Source: an uncultured Actinomycetota bacterium (lineage in GTDB: Bacteria; Actinomycetota; Acidimicrobiia; Spongiisociales; UBA4744). From it: DNA of 64,000 nt. Position numbers and translations under genes: made by a program. A model generated the notes under the pieces. That model made no database searches, was not told where the DNA came from, and was given only the letters and a program-made list of their open reading frames with translations. Location of the stretch: the NCBI GenBank assembly GCA_963715305.1, contig CAVQSB010000007.1, forward strand, positions 123,693-187,692. The letters are read 5' to 3'. Below are positions 59,148 through 64,000 of the stretch, one piece after another. The number at the start of each line of letters is the position of its first letter. The stretch's first letter is position 1.

Positions 59148-59188
59148 ATTGCTGCATTGCTGATTGCTGATTGCTGATTGCTGATCGC
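59146..59188. repeat. (TGATTGC)n heptanucleotide tandem repeat, ~6 units (tgattgc tgcattgc tgattgc tgattgc tgattgc tgatcgc), abutting the stop codon of the 59192 gene in a locally AT-richer segment
   Basis: The repeat is read directly from the sequence. Confidence 0.8.
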
Positions 59189-59191
59189 TGC

Positions 59192-59377
59192 CTAGCTGGC
59201 GTCCACGCGCTCGTTTCCGTTCATATACGGAGTGGGGATTTGTCCAGGCGTCCACCACACGGATTTGGTTTGTGGATCATGGCGGTAGCCCCGCCGGATT
59301 GATGAAGCGTATCCTCCGAGCCAACTTGCCCCTGCGAAGATTGCGGCACCCGCGATCCAGGTGATCACCGATCCCAT
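59192..59377 (-). CDS. Small hydrophobic protein (61 aa) with KSVWWTPG motif
   Basis: It has a TM-like N-terminus (VITWIAGAAIFAGASWLGGY). A paralog lies immediately upstream. Confidence 0.4.
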   Translation of the reverse strand: MGSVITWIAGAAIFAGASWLGGYASSIRRGYRHDPQTKSVWWTPGQIPTPYMNGNERVDAS

Positions 59378-59586
59378 AATGATTCCTCCTGATTGGTACG
59401 GCTGGTTGTTCCCGGCCGTGTTCTAATTGAGCAAACGTCAAAAAACGGGCCGTCTCTGACGGCCCTGCCTTCAGGAGTGAATACTACTCGATCCCCGGGC
59501 TCACGAACGAAAACGCCTCGCAATGCGCGCCACTATGTGTGGTGGTTTCCGGGCCGCATTCAGCTGGCCGCCGGGGGGCCAGCCAC

Positions 59587-59771
59587 TCACCTGATCTCGT
59601 CGTCTGGATCGCTATCGGCAATCAATGGTGGGACCTGTCCGCCCCCACCGTGGCCACCTCCGCCCGGTACCCACCAGACGGACTTTGAACCTTTGGCGTG
59701 CCCGTATTCGCCTCGCCATACCGACCGGGCGTACCGGATGAACCATCCGAGGATCCCAATCGCCCCCGCAG
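59587..59771 (-). CDS. Paralog of the 59192 small protein (..EWILAAGAIGILGWFIRYARSVWRGEYGHAKGSKSVWWVPGGGGHGGGG...); start unresolved (no in-frame ATG; possible indel)
   Basis: Minus-strand frame translation is alignable to the 59192 protein (SVWWTPG vs SVWWVPG). It is not reported in the ORF track because it lacks an in-frame start. Confidence 0.25.
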
Positions 59772-59804
59772 CCAGGATCCACTCGCACCATTCTATGGCT
59801 GTTC

Positions 59805-60552
59805 CTACTGCTGCAACACTGCTTCCAGGAATTTCTTGGTTCGCTCGTGCTGAGGGTTGAGCAGCACGTCGTCGGGGTGGCCATCCTCAACAACCACACC
59901 TTCGTCCATGAACACCACACGGTCGCCGACCTGTCGGGCAAAACCCATTTCGTGGGTGACCACCATCATGGTCATGCCTTCCTCGGCCAGTTTGCGCATG
60001 ACATCGAGAACTTCGCCCACCAGCTCAGGATCGAGGGCGCTGGTCGGCTCATCGAAGAGCATCATGTCCGGGTCCATCGAAAGTGATCGGGCGATGGCCA
60101 CTCGCTGCATCTGACCGCCTGAGAGGTTGATGGGGTACTCGTCGATCTTGTCGAGCATGCCAACTCTTTCCAACACAGCCCTGGCTTTCTCGTCGGCCTC
60201 ATGCTTCCGATCTATTCAGGACCTTCCGCTGGGCAATGGTCAGATTCTGCATGACCGTCAGGTGCGGGAAGAGGTTGAACTGTTGGAAGACCATGCCGAT
60301 GCGGGCGCGGACTGCGTCCACGTCGGTCTCGGGATCGGTGAGATCGATGCCCTCAACCAGCACCTTGCCGGAAGTAGGGACTTCCAGGAGGTTTACGCAT
60401 CGCAACAACGTCGACTTGCCCGACCCGGATGGTCCGATGACACACACCACCTCGCCGGCTTTGACCTGGAAATCGATGCCGCGCAGCACTTCGAGATCGC
60501 CGAAATACTTGTGGAGCTCCAGGATCTGAATGGGAGGAACGTTCTTATCCAT
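59805..60552 (-). CDS. Polar amino-acid ABC transporter ATP-binding protein (GlnQ-like); frameshift near 60185-60200
   Basis: The N-terminal half is ORF 60199..60552 (GPSGSGKST). The C-terminal half is ORF 59805..60176 ([25 protein letters not shown]). The junction ...[23 protein letters not shown] is in shifted frames. Confidence 0.8.
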
Positions 60553-60555
60553 GGT

Positions 60556-61362
60556 TCACCTCGCCCTCGCCGCACGCTTCTCGAGTTGCGCAACAAACCT
60601 CGTCATCGGGAGCGTGATGACCAAGTACATGAGCGCGATGACAATCAACGGGGTGCCGTTGAAGGTGTCGTTCATGAAGTCTCGGCCGAATTTGGTCAAT
60701 TCCTTGGTGGCAATTGTTGTTCCCAGAACGAACAGCAGGGAGGTGTCCTTGATGAGGATCACCAACTCGTTGGTGAGCGGCGGGATGATGATCCGGAACG
60801 CCTGCGGCAAGACAATCGACCTGGTGGCGGCTCCTTTGCTCATGCCAAGCGAGCGTGCGGCTTCCATTTGACCACGCGGGACAGCTTCGATGCCGGCCCG
60901 TATGGTTTCGGCCATGTAGGCAGCCACGACAATGCCCAAACCGACCGTTCCTTTGCCGAGCGTGCCCCCCGGAATTCGAACACCCATGGCGATCGGCAAG
61001 CCGAATCCCACCAGGATGATGGTGACCAAAGCGGGGAGGCCCCGAAATAGCTCGATGTAGGTGGTGGCGATCCACTTATAGGGTTTGATATCGGATCGCT
61101 TCATCAAGGCCAGAATCAGTGCCAGCGTCAAACCAAACGTGAACGCCAGAGCGGTGTAGATGATGGTGTTCTTGACTCCAACGGTGATGACCTCGGGGAA
61201 CATCTCCGCAGCGATTTCAGGATTGAAGAATGCCTTCTGGATCTTGGGCCAATCGGCTGCGATCACCACGATGACGAATATCAGGATGAGGGTGCCGTAG
61301 AGGATTCCCCGACGGGCTTTTGCTTTGGTCGACTTCTTCATGACGCCGTCCCCAGTCTCCAA
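60556..61362 (-). CDS. Polar amino-acid ABC transporter permease (His/Glu/Gln/Arg/opine family)
   Basis: 268 aa with EAARSLGMS in the EAA motif. Confidence 0.85.
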   Translation of the reverse strand: METGDGVMKKSTKAKARRGILYGTLILIFVIVVIAADWPKIQKAFFNPEIAAEMFPEVITVGVKNTIIYTALAFTFGLTLALILALMKRSDIKPYKWIATTYIELFRGLPALVTIILVGFGLPIAMGVRIPGGTLGKGTVGLGIVVAAYMAETIRAGIEAVPRGQMEAARSLGMSKGAATRSIVLPQAFRIIIPPLTNELVILIKDTSLLFVLGTTIATKELTKFGRDFMNDTFNGTPLIVIALMYLVITLPMTRFVAQLEKRAARAR

Positions 61363-61415
61363 CGATAAGGGGGACCCTAGTCGGGTCCCCCTTAGGCTGA
61401 CTTCTCAGATCGGGT

Positions 61416-62186
61416 TTACTTGAAGTACTTGTCGTAGAGGGTGTCGTAGGTGCCGCCGCTCTTGACGGTGGCCAGAGCGTCGTTGACAGCTGTGAGCAAG
61501 GCTTCCTTGCCCTCTTCCTTGACGGCGAAGCCGTATTCCTCTCCGGTCGGGTAGGTAGCAACCACGGTCAGGGTGTCGTCGCCCAGCATGCGCTCGGCAT
61601 TGACCGGCAAGTCCTGGAGGATGCCCTGGATATCGCCGGCTTCCATTGCCACGAACAAGTCGGCGCTCTCGCCGAAGCTGACAACGTCAACGCCGCCGGG
61701 GTTGTTGTCGTTGGCATAGGCCTCGCCGGTAGTACCCGCCTGCACGCCAACGCGCAATCCCACGAGATCGTCGTAGCTGGTGTAACCCGAGTCGACTTTG
61801 ACCATCAAGGACTGGTCGGCGTCGAAGTAGCCGTTCGAGAAGTCGATGTTCTCTTCCCGCTCTTCCGTGATGGTGATCGCCGAGGCGGCGATGTCGCACT
61901 CGTTGCCGACCATGGCCGTCCCGCTGGTAATGGAGTCGAAGCCGGAGTCGATGAACACGACCTCCAGGTCGAGTTCCGCGCCGATGGCCTCCATCAGCTC
62001 AACGTCGAAGCCGGAATACGCGCCGGCTTCTTCAAACTCGAACGGGGCGTAGGGAATGTCCGAGCACACCGTCAGGGTGTCGGCGGTAACCAGGTCGTAT
62101 TCGCCGCCCGCTCCGCCGCTACATGCTCCGGCAATCATTGCAAACGCCAGCAGCAGCACCAGCGCGGCAGTGTTTCTTCTTCTCAT
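61416..62186 (-). CDS. Amino-acid ABC transporter substrate-binding lipoprotein (SBP family 3)
   Basis: Lipobox MIAGAC and the SBP_bac_3 pattern. Confidence 0.8.
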   Translation of the reverse strand: MRRRNTAALVLLLAFAMIAGACSGGAGGEYDLVTADTLTVCSDIPYAPFEFEEAGAYSGFDVELMEAIGAELDLEVVFIDSGFDSITSGTAMVGNECDIAASAITITEEREENIDFSNGYFDADQSLMVKVDSGYTSYDDLVGLRVGVQAGTTGEAYANDNNPGGVDVVSFGESADLFVAMEAGDIQGILQDLPVNAERMLGDDTLTVVATYPTGEEYGFAVKEEGKEALLTAVNDALATVKSGGTYDTLYDKYFK

Positions 62187-62374
62187 GACCCTTCCTCCTC
62201 ATGTTTGGTCGAGGGTCGGCCCTCCGACCGTTTCCCCTCTTCGGGATGTTAGGCGGATCGAAAAGGGCTTCCCAATGGGTGCGGGGGTTGGTCTATTCGC
62301 TCCAATCACTAATCTGGTGTTCATTGGCGCGGTTGTCCCGGTCGGCGGGCCATCGCTCGACCTGGGGTTGACCT

Positions 62375-64000
62375 GTGACCACAACCGACAACTTGCTCGC
62401 TCGTGTGACCGGTCCCGCCGATTTGCGGGATCTTGGTCCCGACCAGTTGACACAATTGGCCGGCGAGATCCGATCGTTCATGGTGGACGCTATCTCACGG
62501 ACCGGCGGCCATCTCTCGCCCAACCTCGGTGTCGTCGAGTTGACGCTTGCGCTGCATCGGGTTTTCGACAGTCCCACCGATCGCATCCTCTGGGACGTTG
62601 GCCATCAGGCATATGTTCACAAGCTGGTCACCGGTCGCCAGGATGAATTCGAGACGCTCCGCCAGTACCGGGGGATGACCGGATACCCGAGTCGAATCGA
62701 AAGCGAGCATGACTTCGTCGAGAACAGCCATGCTTCTACATCGCTGAGCTACGCCCTTGGCATGGCACTTGCCAAACAACGAGTCGGGGATGACAGCTAC
62801 ACGGTGGCGGTCATCGGTGACGGCGCCTTGACCGGTGGTATGGCCTACGAAGCCCTCAACCATATTGCGGTACTGCAGCCGCCCAGGCTGATCATTGTGG
62901 TGAACGACAACGGTCGCTCGTACGCCCCGACCGTCGGTGGTATTGCGGCGCTCGCCCACCTTCGGTTCGATCCACGTTACGAGTGGACCAAGAAGACGAT
63001 CGGCAAGCTGCTGCGCAGTATCCCCGCCATCGGCGAAGGAGCAGACGAACTAGCTCATCGTCTCAAGGAGTCCGTAAAGCAGCTGATCGAGCCGGGAACG
63101 GTGTTCGATGCGCTGGGCCTGAAGTACTCGGGCATTATCGACGGTCACGATATTCACGCGATTGAGGAGAATCTTGTTCACGCCAGGTCGTTCGATGAGC
63201 CCTCGGTGGTGCACATCATTACGGAGAAGGGTCGCGGGTATGAACCCGCCCTGAACAACGACGAGGACAAATTGCACGGTGTCGGCGCATTCGACGTCGA
63301 ATCCGGCCGCCCGGCCAAGTCGGAATTGAAGCTCACCAGCGTTGCCGGTCAGGCTGTATTGCATGCGGCTCGGGAACGGGACGATCTGATCGCGATCAGC
63401 GCAGCCATGGTTTCACCGACCGGCCTTTCGGCGATGGCCGCGGAGTTTCCCGACCGGGTTATCGACACCGGCATTGCCGAACAACATGCCGTCACGCTGG
63501 CGGCCGGGCTGGCGATGACGGGGATGCGGCCCGTCGTTGCCATCTATTCGAGTTTCCTGCAGCGAGCATTCGACCAGATCGTGACCGACGTTGCCATGCA
63601 CGATCTGCCGGTGGTTTTCATGATCGATCGGGCGGGGATCACGGGGCCGGATGGTGCCTCCCACCACGGCGCGTTCGATCTCTCGTACCTGCGGATGATC
63701 CCCAACATGACCATCGGTGCTCCGGCCGACGCCGATGAGCTGTGCGGCATGCTGGCGACCGCTTGGGACACCGTCGGCCCCATGGCCATCAGGTTTCCGA
63801 AAGGCGCCGCCGGCTCATTGCCCGGCGCTACCCACCGAGCCTCTCGAGGTGGGCGTGGCAGAAATGGTCCAGCAGGGTGAGGACGTGTTGCTGCTGGCTG
63901 TCGGCAGCATGGTCGAGCCGGCAGTGAAGGCGGCGGGGATGCTGGCCCAACAGGGGATCTCCTGTGGGATCGTCAATGCCCGGTGGGTGAAACCTCTCGA
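62375..64000 (+). CDS. dxs: 1-deoxy-D-xylulose-5-phosphate synthase, 3' partial (runs off window); frameshift near 63820-63850
   Basis: GTG start. GHxSTSxSxxxG, the TPP-binding GDG...N motif and a transketolase-like pyrimidine domain are present. After ...AIRFPKG the frame changes and the C-terminal domain continues in another frame to 64000. Confidence 0.85.

Noticed and set aside
59146-59188. CRISPR array or other defence-associated repeat for the heptad arrays (also 21698, 36717)
   Set aside because: The units are 7 nt with no spacers. There are no cas genes and no longer direct repeats anywhere in the window.

Overview
The window is a high-GC (~65%) actinobacterial-type chromosomal segment. 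The taxonomic guess rests on lnt, an LCP protein, split purL/purQ/purS, a SenX3/RegX3-like two-component system and ppk1-Nudix synteny. Content is mostly housekeeping.

Genes and operons:
- Two purine-biosynthesis clusters: purM-purF ... purL-purQ-purS-purC, and purB-purE-purD-purA.
- A zur-znuC / znuA-znuB zinc module with a Zur-box palindrome.
- A dpp-like peptide ABC operon.
- A polyphosphate module: CYTH-CHAD, Nudix, ppk1 and a SixA-like histidine phosphatase.
- A large phosphate-acquisition supercluster: pstSCAB-phoU, an OmpR-type response regulator with histidine kinase, and a PhoU-like gene with a Na/Pi symporter. PHO-box-like repeats lie upstream of pstS.
- A polar amino-acid ABC operon and dxs, which runs off the 3' edge.

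Observations not explained by the ORF track:
1. A SelW/Rdx-type selenoprotein gene (2986..3216) with an in-frame UGA and a SECIS-like hairpin. It is missed by ORF calling and is bracketed by two homologous long hairpin elements.
2. A 598-aa six-heme tandem cytochrome c with a C-terminal membrane anchor.
3. A 20-nt poly-G tract inside a decayed class-III aminotransferase remnant. This is a probable assembly or chemistry artefact, or a breakpoint.
4. TGRTAAC-type heptad tandem repeats in two 5'UTRs and a (TGATTGC)n repeat at a third locus.
5. More than 20 frameshift-split genes, including purL, purC, purB, purQ and dxs. This points to indel errors in the assembly rather than real pseudogenes.

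No rRNA, tRNA, CRISPR array, transposase or integrase was recognised. Many ORFs in the supplied track are antisense shadows typical of high-GC DNA.
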